NCBI GenBank assembly: GCA_044352465.1
Contig: JBILDU010000095.1
Location: 1 to 11,130 of the forward strand
Source of the DNA: Bdellovibrionota bacterium
GTDB taxonomy: Bacteria > Bdellovibrionota_C > UBA2361
DNA: 11,130 nucleotides
Direction of reading: 5' to 3'
How positions within the stretch are numbered: the first letter of the stretch is position 1; each line of letters starts with the position of its first letter. Position numbers and translations under genes: made by a program. Below the pieces are notes generated by a model. It was given only the letters and a program-made list of their open reading frames with translations. It did no database searches and was not told the origin of the DNA. Shown in pieces: positions 1 to 7,017 of this stretch.

Positions 1-198
1 GAGATCGCTCACGACATCGTCTCCCGGGGGATCTGTCTCGCTGGCGGGGGCGCGCTCTTGAAGGGGCTCGCTGAGCGCCTTCACCGAGAGACCGGTGTGC
101 CCTTCCACCGAGCCCAAGACCCGCTGAGCTGTGTCGTGCGTGGGGTGGGGCAGGTAGTCGACAATCTAAAAGATATGCGGGTGGTCTGTATCAACTGA
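1..198 (+). CDS. mreB: MreB-family actin-like rod-shape protein, C-terminal fragment (5' end outside window)
   Basis: Not in the ORF track. Frame 1 translates to EIAHDIVSRGICLAGGGALLKGLAERLHRETGVPFHRAQDPLSCVVRGVGQVVDNLKDMRVVCIN*, matching the MreB C-terminus (DI..RGI.L.GGGA.L.GL...L..ETG.P...A.DPL.CV..G.G). TGA at 196-198. Confidence 0.92.
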   Translation, partial: EIAHDIVSRGICLAGGGALLKGLAERLHRETGVPFHRAQDPLSCVVRGVGQVVDNLKDMRVVCIN

Positions 199-865
199 CC
201 GCCTTGCTGGGCTTTCCCGCTTCGGCCGGGGAAAGGTGCTGAACGACGTCGGTCGTTCGCCCGATAATCGTATCAGCCTCGTGAAGATATTTTGCCTCGA
301 GCGAGGTGGTGACAGCGAGACAGCGCATGCCCGCGAGTTTGGCGGCGGAGATGCCGAGGGGCGCATTCTCGACGACGAGGCACGCGTGAGGAGATACTCC
401 CAGTTTTTCGGCGCACCGCAAAAAAGGCTCAGGATCAGGTTTGCCCCGCGTGCATTCGTCCGCGGTCACGAGGGCATCGAACGTGTTGAGAAACGGTTCG
501 GTCGCGGGATTGAGCAGGCGGCGGCGCATGCCCCCCGAGACAAGGCCAACCTTGAAGCCTTGGCTGCGAAGTTGAGGTATGAGGGCCTCCACGCCTGGAT
601 AGAACGAGAAGTGGTTGTGCGCTTGGTAGTGCGCGTCTTTCGCTGCACCAACGCGCGGTCCAGCCTCGGGATCTTTGCCGTAACGAGCCAAGATAGTGGC
701 GGCGAGTTCCGCGGTTTTCTTGCCCTCGAGGAGGCAACATTCGGTTCGCTCGGGGGCGATACCGTGTTCCGAGAAGGCGGCTTGCCACGCTCGAAAGTTA
801 TCGTCGATCGTGTCGCCGATGACGCCGTCAAAGTCGAACAGAATCGCCCGTATCTGCGTTGTCAC
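191..865 (-). CDS. HAD-superfamily hydrolase/phosphatase (beta-phosphoglucomutase/CbbY-like, subfamily IA)
   Basis: Motif I ILFDFDGV, motif II VSGG, GKPDPEPF and VVENAPLGI.AA..AGM. GTG start lies 14 nt after the rne stop, so probably co-transcribed. Confidence 0.92.
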   Translation of the reverse strand: MTTQIRAILFDFDGVIGDTIDDNFRAWQAAFSEHGIAPERTECCLLEGKKTAELAATILARYGKDPEAGPRVGAAKDAHYQAHNHFSFYPGVEALIPQLRSQGFKVGLVSGGMRRRLLNPATEPFLNTFDALVTADECTRGKPDPEPFLRCAEKLGVSPHACLVVENAPLGISAAKLAGMRCLAVTTSLEAKYLHEADTIIGRTTDVVQHLSPAEAGKPSKAVS

Positions 866-879
866 GAGCCTGCGCGTTG

Positions 880-2685
880 TTAACGGTTTTGCTTCCCCTT
901 GCCGGGAGTGGTTGGCCTTGCGGCCGTCGTGTCCCCGCCGGTGTCTTTCTCTGCTGTCGGCGCTGCGGCGTCGGCGCTTCCGCCTTCGGTCCGTCGGCGG
1001 AGTCGGGGGCGAAAGCGAAGACGGCGGTGTTTAATCCGATCGTGGCGAGCCTCGGTCGAGCTCTCCGAGGCATCTTTCGCCGCAGTCTGTTCCTCATCCG
1101 CGATCTCATCGAGATCGCCGTCCTCTCCCTCGTCCTCTTCGGGCTCTTCCTTGATCGGTGGCTTCACCGCCGCTGGTGGCGGTGGCGCGACCTCTCCGGG
1201 AGCCAGCTTCTTGGACTCAAGCTCAAACTCGTATTCGTCTTGGGTCAGACGTCCGTCAGCGAGGATGTAAATGTGGACCTGATACTTAGCCTCGAGTCGG
1301 GCAAGCTCGCCCTTCTTGTTGTTGAGGAGGAACAGGGCTGGGCCGGGGGCGAGGCGCGCTTTCACGAGCGAGACATGTCCGACGACGACCGCTGATTGGA
1401 TTTTGCGGAGGACCTCAAGCGCCACGAGCTCAGGGTTCTTCACCTTGCCAGTAGCGTGACAGTGGGTGCATCCGAGGTGGCTTTGACTCGCGAGGGAGGC
1501 GCGGAGCCGTTGGCGCGACATCTCCATGAGTCCGAACTTCGAGATCCGTCCCAATTCTATCCGGGCTTTGTCGAGTTTTAGTGCATCCCGTAGTTTGCGC
1601 TCGACGTTCGCCTTGTGGCGTTTATCGATCATATCGATGAAGTCGATCACGATGAGGCCGCCAAGATCGCGCAGGCGTAGTTGGCGGGCGATCTGATCGG
1701 CTGCCTCCATGTTCGTTCGATAGGCAGTGTCCTCGATGTTATGTCCCGCCGTCGCTTTCCCCGAGTTCACGTCGATCGCGACAAGAGCTTCGAGCGAATC
1801 GATGACGATGGCACCACCTGAGCGGAGTTTGACCTCTTTCTTCAGGGTGTCGCCGACCTGGTCATCGATGTTCGCATACGCGAAGAGAGGCTGCTCGCTC
1901 TCGAATAACTTCACCCGCGAGCGGTAGCGGGGCATCACTTCACCTACGAATTCTTTGACCCGGCGGTATGTCTCCGGATCGTCGATCAAGATCTCGCGAA
2001 TCTCGGGAGTGAAGTAGTCGCGGATAACCCGGGTCGCCAGATCGCTCTCTTTGTACAGCGTCGCCGGGCTTTGGGCGGTCTGCGCTTCGGTGAGGATGCG
2101 CTCCCATAATTTGAGCTGCAACGAGAGATCGCGTGAAAGTTCGCTTAAAGAACGGTCGAGTCCGGCGGTGCGCACGATCATCCCGATGCCGAGTGGCATC
2201 TCGAGCTCTTGGGCGAGTCGGCGTAGGCGATTGCGCTGTTCGCTGTCGCTAATCTTGCGCGAAATCCCACCGCGGTCGCTTCCCGGCATGACGACGAGAT
2301 ATCGCCCCGGGAGGGAGAGGTAGGTCGTCAGGGTTGCCCCTTTCAGTTCGCGTTCCTCTTTCACGACTTGGACTACAATCTCTTGGCCAGCCTCGAGGAC
2401 GTCTTGGATCAACACGCGGCCGTGGCGATCGCCACCCCGACCGTTCCGAAAATATGCCGGATGGATGTCGTTGATCTGCAGAAATCCGTTACGGCTTGTG
2501 CCGATATCAACGAACGCAGCCTGAAGGCTCGGCTCGATACGCGAGATGCGCGCCTTGTAGATATTGCCTTTAAGCTTTTTCCCGACGTGGGATTCAATCT
2601 CGAGCTCGGTGAGGTTGTTATCCTCGGTAATCGCGATACGGCATTCCTCGGGGTGTACCGCATTGATAAGCATTCGCCGATCCAT
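880..2685 (-). CDS. rne: Ribonuclease E/G (Rne/Rng family) with short disordered C-terminal tail
   Basis: N-terminus RRMLINAVHPEECRIA; S1 domain GNIYKARISRIEPSLQAAFVDIG; KGATLTT; catalytic IDVNSG and LRLRDLGGLIVIDFIDM; ISKFGLMEMSRQR; Zn-link CTHC; about 110 aa low-complexity tail. AAGG upstream of the ATG. Confidence 0.95.
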   Translation of the reverse strand: MDRRMLINAVHPEECRIAITEDNNLTELEIESHVGKKLKGNIYKARISRIEPSLQAAFVDIGTSRNGFLQINDIHPAYFRNGRGGDRHGRVLIQDVLEAGQEIVVQVVKEERELKGATLTTYLSLPGRYLVVMPGSDRGGISRKISDSEQRNRLRRLAQELEMPLGIGMIVRTAGLDRSLSELSRDLSLQLKLWERILTEAQTAQSPATLYKESDLATRVIRDYFTPEIREILIDDPETYRRVKEFVGEVMPRYRSRVKLFESEQPLFAYANIDDQVGDTLKKEVKLRSGGAIVIDSLEALVAIDVNSGKATAGHNIEDTAYRTNMEAADQIARQLRLRDLGGLIVIDFIDMIDKRHKANVERKLRDALKLDKARIELGRISKFGLMEMSRQRLRASLASQSHLGCTHCHATGKVKNPELVALEVLRKIQSAVVVGHVSLVKARLAPGPALFLLNNKKGELARLEAKYQVHIYILADGRLTQDEYEFELESKKLAPGEVAPPPPAAVKPPIKEEPEEDEGEDGDLDEIADEEQTAAKDASESSTEARHDRIKHRRLRFRPRLRRRTEGGSADAAAPTAEKDTGGDTTAARPTTPGKGKQNR

Positions 2686-3009
2686 AAACTTCGCCTTTTA
2701 GTGCGAACCAGGAGCCGGCCCTCGGAAAAGTTCCACGACGATAAGCTTTGTCGGAGAGACTTGTATCCGAACCTTGAGGCTGAGTGCTTATCCCCCCGGA
2801 GAGCCCTTGTTCGGCTAGTAAATGGGGGAACACGCGGCCTACACCGAAACCCTCGCGATGGAGGGAAAGGGCGTTAAAATAGAGGCCAGCCTGGTTCATG
2901 TTAAGTGAACAGTAAACGGGTTATGAAAAATCTTAGTCCGAACGGCTACCTGTTAAAGGGGACGTCTCAACTGAACGATACAACCCTATAGCAGCGACTT
3001 CCGAACGTT

Positions 3010-3034
3010 TTTCCGCGGTGTAACACCGCGGAAA
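3010..3034. repeat. Perfect inverted repeat (12-bp arms, 1-nt spacer) in the divergent rne/FHA intergenic region
   Basis: TTTCCGCGGTGT-A-ACACCGCGGAAA. Extends to ACG (3005-3007)/CGT (3035-3037) with a 2-nt bulge. Function (operator or RNA hairpin) unknown. Confidence 0.8.
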
Positions 3035-3194
3035 CGTAAGGCAGGATAACACAAACCGAGCGGAACTTTCTACTTATATAGACGTCTTGGAGTGTTAAAG
3101 GGTGCTTAAATGAGTCCGCTCGAGTAAATCGACCCCTCAAGTCGGTGCAGATGGGGCCGGTTACTAGAACGACGTTTAAAACAAAGTTTAACTT

Positions 3195-3545
3195 ATGGTG
3201 GATACCGAGGGTGCAAGGCTTGTGGTTCTTCGGGGGAACTCCGCTGGCAAGAGCTTTGCGATCACTGAGGGCAAGAACCTCGTCGGCCGGTGGGACCCCG
3301 AGACCGGGGCATTCCCCGAAGTTGACCTTGAGGCTGAGGATGTCGATGCAAAGGTGTCCCGTAAGCACGCTGTCATCGATCGTCAGGGCTCCGCTTGCTT
3401 TATCGAGGATGCCGGGAGCCTCAACGGAACCTACATCAACCGAGGGCCGCGCTTAAAGGCGGGTGAGAGGGTGGCATTAAAGTCGGGTGACGAGGTCGTC
3501 ATCGGCAAGACCTTCTTACGGTTTGAGATGAACGAGTCTCCTTAA
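3195..3545 (+). CDS. Stand-alone FHA domain protein
   Basis: Canonical FHA motifs VGR, VSRKHA, IEDAGSLNGTYIN and LKSGDEVVIG; pThr-binding residues intact. Confidence 0.93.
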   Translation: MVDTEGARLVVLRGNSAGKSFAITEGKNLVGRWDPETGAFPEVDLEAEDVDAKVSRKHAVIDRQGSACFIEDAGSLNGTYINRGPRLKAGERVALKSGDEVVIGKTFLRFEMNESP

Positions 3546-3589
3546 TGGCGCGGGAGTCCGTAGCTCGGAGCTCCGGATTGATTTGCGCA

Positions 3590-3611
3590 GAGAAGGCTCG
3601 CTCAGCTTCTC
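3590..3611. terminator. Possible hairpin between convergent FHA and receiver genes
   Basis: GAGAA(G)GCT-cgctc-AGCTTCTC bulged stem next to the receiver gene stop. No U-tract, so weak. Confidence 0.2.
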
Positions 3612-3612
3612 C

Positions 3613-3993
3613 CTAGGTCGGAAGCCCGTTCTTCGCCAAAAGCGTTTCGACATGCTTTAAGAGCACCGCGGGCTTGCATGGTTTGGTCAGGACGAGGTCA
3701 CCACCCGCATCCAGCGCTTCTTGATGCACCTCGGGATCGTCGAGCGCCGTGAACGCGACTATCGGCACGGTGATCCCTTTGGCGCGGATCTCCTTAATGC
3801 ACGACTGGCCGTTCATCTTCGGCATCATGAGGTCGATTAAGATAACATCGGGCGCTACTTCTTCAACACAGCCCAGGGCTGAGATCCCATCGGCACGACG
3901 GATTACCTCAAAGCCCTTGTCCTCAAAAAGGAGGTCGACGATGTCGAGCGCTGTCATGTCATCGTCGATAACTAGTATCTTTCGTGCGGTCAT
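3613..3993 (-). CDS. Single-domain response regulator (CheY-like receiver)
   Basis: ILVIDDD acidic pocket, phospho-acceptor ILIDLMMP, VAFTA and LTKP; no output domain. ATG at 3993 preferred over GTG at 4029 because GGAGCAGGTGAT precedes it and the domain starts there. Confidence 0.92.
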   Translation of the reverse strand: MTARKILVIDDDMTALDIVDLLFEDKGFEVIRRADGISALGCVEEVAPDVILIDLMMPKMNGQSCIKEIRAKGITVPIVAFTALDDPEVHQEALDAGGDLVLTKPCKPAVLLKHVETLLAKNGLPT

Positions 3994-4345
3994 ATCACCT
4001 GCTCCGTACCCCGGTTGATCTGCATTCACCCGCTACCGGAACACGGGAAAAACATTCACATTCAAATGGATGCGCTTTGATGCTTTAACGTAGCACAAGA
4101 TTTAGCGCCTGAACCGGGGGAGCTTTCGTGCCGAACTTTCGGGGCGCTTATTTTGGTAGGTGAGACGATATTTGGTTCGAACGACAACCTCAGGGCGGCA
4201 TTACGGGTTGCCCCGATGCGAGAACCTTCGCGGCGCAAATTTCTGGAACTTCTTGGGATATCGTATCCTCCAATAAGAAGGTGCCCTACGTCTGTGTGGG
4301 GTGTATGTGCCTACCCGATAGGGGAGCTGCTGGGTTTAACGTGAT

Positions 4346-5686
4346 ATGTTCGCGCTCGAGATAAATTTTCAAGATGGGGTATCCCAGCCGGAGACGATCT
4401 TTATTCGTCGTCCGCAGGCGCTCATCGGTGCGTCCGACCACGCCCATGTGGTGGTCGAGGATATGCGCGACCTCGATTATCAGATCCGGCTCGTGCGGGA
4501 TCTGGGGCGTCGCTTTCGGTGTAAGCCGATGATGGCGCGATCTGAAGCACCGCTCCCCGCTTTTAGCGATGAACTGTACGATGGTTCGGCCACCCTCGAC
4601 CTGGGGAAAGTTCGCCTTCATATTACGGCGATCGATTGCGATCTTCTGCTCAAAGAAAATGAGGCGCCTGATCGAGCGGGCGTGCGGGTTTTACGGCAAG
4701 CCTTCGGGGCCGGAGCGCCGGTCTTTCCGGCGGTGGTCGTTCGGGGAGCCCAGCCGATGGTCGTGTCGTTTACTCCGGAACAGCCGATATACATCGGTCG
4801 CTCGAAGCAGTGTGCTTTGCGCCTTGATTCGGCAGATATATCGGCGCGGCATGCACGCATGGGCTATGAGCACGGTGAGTTTTGGATCGAGGATCTCGGT
4901 TCGACGAATGGCACGTTTGTGAACGACCAGCAGATCTCTGGTCGGGTGAACGTGCCCGCCGGGGAAACGATCGTATTGGGGCGAGAGGTCGCCGTCCTCG
5001 GGGTAACCTCCGAGGAGCAGATCGGACGAATGGTGCACGCTCCAACGGTCGTCGCCCGCCCGGTACCGCAGGAGACGGTGCTCTTCCCTGCGCTGGTCTC
5101 GCTCTCGCAAGTCGCCCGTCCAGCGCGGGTGCTGCTCAAGCCGGGAACGAAAGTAAGTATCGGACGGGATCCCAGTAGCGACATGTGGCTTGGTGCACCG
5201 CATATCTCAAGGCTTCACTGTGCAGTGACGATGACCGATACCGGGTCACTCGCCGTGAGCGACCACAGTACAAACGGGACCGGCTACGATGGCGGGGTGC
5301 TGAGGAAAGGGGATCTGCTGAATGTTGGCGCTACCCCCCGGGTGTTTGATTTCGGTGGCGGTGTCACGGTGGGATTATGTTTCACCGAACGTGAGGAAGA
5401 GACGTTTCGAGCCGCCGCCGGAAATTTACGGGCGTTCGCGCCACCGCGTGAGGTGGAGCCTCCGGCTCCCTGGGCGAAGGGGGAGGTCGCGGTGCGCCCC
5501 CGTGATGCCACTGCGGTTGCAGAGACCGGGGCGACGCAGCTGAAATCGGCTGGATTGTTGCACCGACTCGGTGAGCTTTATCGAGGTGTCGGGCTTGTCG
5601 GTAGGCTCGCCATGATTGCGGCGGTCGCGGTGCTGGCCGTCGTTCTCGTGGTGGTGGTGAATCTATTGATCCCGGTATTTAGTTGA
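4346..5686 (+). CDS. Multi-FHA domain protein with C-terminal transmembrane anchor (possible SctD/CdsD analogue)
   Basis: Two clear FHA domains (IYIGR..ISARHA..EDLGSTNGTFVN; SIGRD..ISRLHC..SDHSTNGT), a possible degenerate N-terminal FHA (ALIGASDHAHVVV), and a terminal hydrophobic helix LAMIAAVAVLAVVLVVVVNLLIPVF. Confidence 0.88.
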   Translation: MFALEINFQDGVSQPETIFIRRPQALIGASDHAHVVVEDMRDLDYQIRLVRDLGRRFRCKPMMARSEAPLPAFSDELYDGSATLDLGKVRLHITAIDCDLLLKENEAPDRAGVRVLRQAFGAGAPVFPAVVVRGAQPMVVSFTPEQPIYIGRSKQCALRLDSADISARHARMGYEHGEFWIEDLGSTNGTFVNDQQISGRVNVPAGETIVLGREVAVLGVTSEEQIGRMVHAPTVVARPVPQETVLFPALVSLSQVARPARVLLKPGTKVSIGRDPSSDMWLGAPHISRLHCAVTMTDTGSLAVSDHSTNGTGYDGGVLRKGDLLNVGATPRVFDFGGGVTVGLCFTEREEETFRAAAGNLRAFAPPREVEPPAPWAKGEVAVRPRDATAVAETGATQLKSAGLLHRLGELYRGVGLVGRLAMIAAVAVLAVVLVVVVNLLIPVFS

Positions 5687-5745
5687 TTTTTAGAGCAAAG
5701 GTTTTCGCCGCTCGTTGCAGCGGTACTTTTTAGGAGCGTTGAATC

Positions 5746-6984
5746 ATGGCTACAGATAGCACAGAGCTGACTTTCGTGCGTTGCCCGTCGTGCCGGAGCC
5801 TGGTGCCCGCGGTATCGACTCGGTGCCGAATGTGTGGAGCAACCCTCGATGCGACGGCCGCCGATGAGGGCGATAAAGAGAAGAAGTCAGGGCGGGTGCG
5901 TCAACGTACGATGTCGGCACCCGATAGTGAGCTGAGCGCTACCGCAAGTCAGGTTCGTGAGGAGGCACCACCTCCGCCGCCGCCACCATCAAGCTCGGGA
6001 GCCTCGGCTGCGACCGACCTTGAGGACGATCCACTCGGTGACTATCTCGATTCTATCGATGAGGTCCCGGCGGTAAAAGCTGAGCCGCCTCCGGCGCCAG
6101 TGAAGCCTGCCGCTCCGCCGCCCCCACCGGCTGCACCGCCGGTGACAGCGCCGGTGGCGGAGAGTCGGTCGACGATCGCTGCTGATATCGACCTCGATGA
6201 CGATCTTGATATTGAAAGCGCGCCCCGTGAGAGCGCGGAGCGCCCCAAGGTTGTTGTTGAGACCGGTGGTAGGCGCCCGTTTGGTCAGGGCAAGCCGGGG
6301 GGGCTCTCTTTTAGCCGGCCCCGTGAGGATCGACCGCGCGATGAGCGGCCACGTGAGGAGGTAAAGCCGGTAGCGGCGCGACCCGCGCAGCCACCGCCAG
6401 CCCCACCGCGGGCGCCATCTCCCACTCCGGAGCGCGCCGAGCCTCAATCCCGCGAAGTCCAACCGAAGCGACCGGAGAGTCGGCCTGAGCCCCGTCGAGA
6501 GGAACGGCGGGAGGAGCGTCGAGAGGAACGGCGAGAGGAACGGCCACGTGAGACAGCGTCTCAAGCCCAACCCCACGGTGGGCGTCCCGCTCAACCTCAG
6601 GCTCGTGCGAGCGAAAGCTCCCGGCGGGTTGAGAGTGCCGCTGGAAGGCTGTACGGTTGGCTCGTCAGCTATGCTGACCCGGATGGTAAATCGATTGAGT
6701 TACGTGAAGGAAAGTTCTTCGTCACGGGGAATAGCCTCAAAGAGAGCGACCTCATCGTGAATGATAAGAGTATTTCAACCCCACATGCGTTGGTCTCTGT
6801 TGGGGGTGAGACCGGTTTGCGAATTCAGGATTTGATGAGCGATCGCGGGGTTTTCCTTCGCCACGGTGAGAGCGGGGCCTATCAGCGCCGCGAGGAGCCG
6901 TGTACGGTGGAGCATGGCGACTGGGTACGCTTTGGAGATGTTGAATTTCTGGTGTGCCTGATCGCATATCCAGGCGTACGGTAG
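5746..6984 (+). CDS. Zinc-ribbon / Pro- and charge-rich disordered linker / degenerate FHA domain protein
   Basis: CPSC-x10-CRMC at the N-terminus; long Pro/acidic/Arg-Glu linker; C-terminal GWLV..ISTPHA..IQDLMSDRGVF..HGDWVRFGDVEF FHA fold. AGGAG RBS upstream. Confidence 0.85.
   Translation: MATDSTELTFVRCPSCRSLVPAVSTRCRMCGATLDATAADEGDKEKKSGRVRQRTMSAPDSELSATASQVREEAPPPPPPPSSSGASAATDLEDDPLGDYLDSIDEVPAVKAEPPPAPVKPAAPPPPPAAPPVTAPVAESRSTIAADIDLDDDLDIESAPRESAERPKVVVETGGRRPFGQGKPGGLSFSRPREDRPRDERPREEVKPVAARPAQPPPAPPRAPSPTPERAEPQSREVQPKRPESRPEPRREERREERREERREERPRETASQAQPHGGRPAQPQARASESSRRVESAAGRLYGWLVSYADPDGKSIELREGKFFVTGNSLKESDLIVNDKSISTPHALVSVGGETGLRIQDLMSDRGVFLRHGESGAYQRREEPCTVEHGDWVRFGDVEFLVCLIAYPGVR
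6316..6360 (+). repeat. In-frame 15-bp degenerate tandem repeat x3 (RPRED/RPRDE/RPREE)
   Basis: cggccccgtgaggat cgaccgcgcgatgag cggccacgtgaggag. Confidence 0.7.
6493..6540 (+). repeat. In-frame 12-bp tandem repeat x4 encoding (RREE)4
   Basis: cgtcgagaggaa cggcgggaggag cgtcgagaggaa cggcgagaggaa. Confidence 0.85.
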
Positions 6985-7017
6985 CGTACACTGCATAACC
7001 ACCAAGAGGGATGGGTA

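Noticed and set aside
350..380. HAD motif IV reads ENA rather than EDS (possible inactive enzyme)
   Set aside because: The nucleophile DxD and the Lys motif are intact, and EN variants occur in this subfamily, so this is not evidence of novelty.
3095..3109. Specific CtrA binding site (TTAA-N7-TTAA)
   Set aside because: CtrA is alphaproteobacterial and nothing here indicates that lineage. Kept only as a generic direct-repeat observation.
2967..3368. Alternative-frame and antisense ORFs here and throughout (e.g. 236-883, 859-1395, 2618-2899, 4153-4344, 5989-6594, 7974-8672)
   Set aside because: They have no recognisable motifs and mostly shadow well-supported genes, as expected in GC-rich DNA.
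4090..4135. Sigma-54 promoter-like sequences (TAGCAC-N5-TTAG on +; CGGCACG-N4-CTCC on -)
   Set aside because: Each lacks either the invariant -24 GG or the -12 GC at correct spacing.
6493..6552. CRISPR array or mobile-element repeats
   Set aside because: The repeats are short, contiguous, in-frame coding units with no spacers. No cas, transposase or integrase genes are present in the window.
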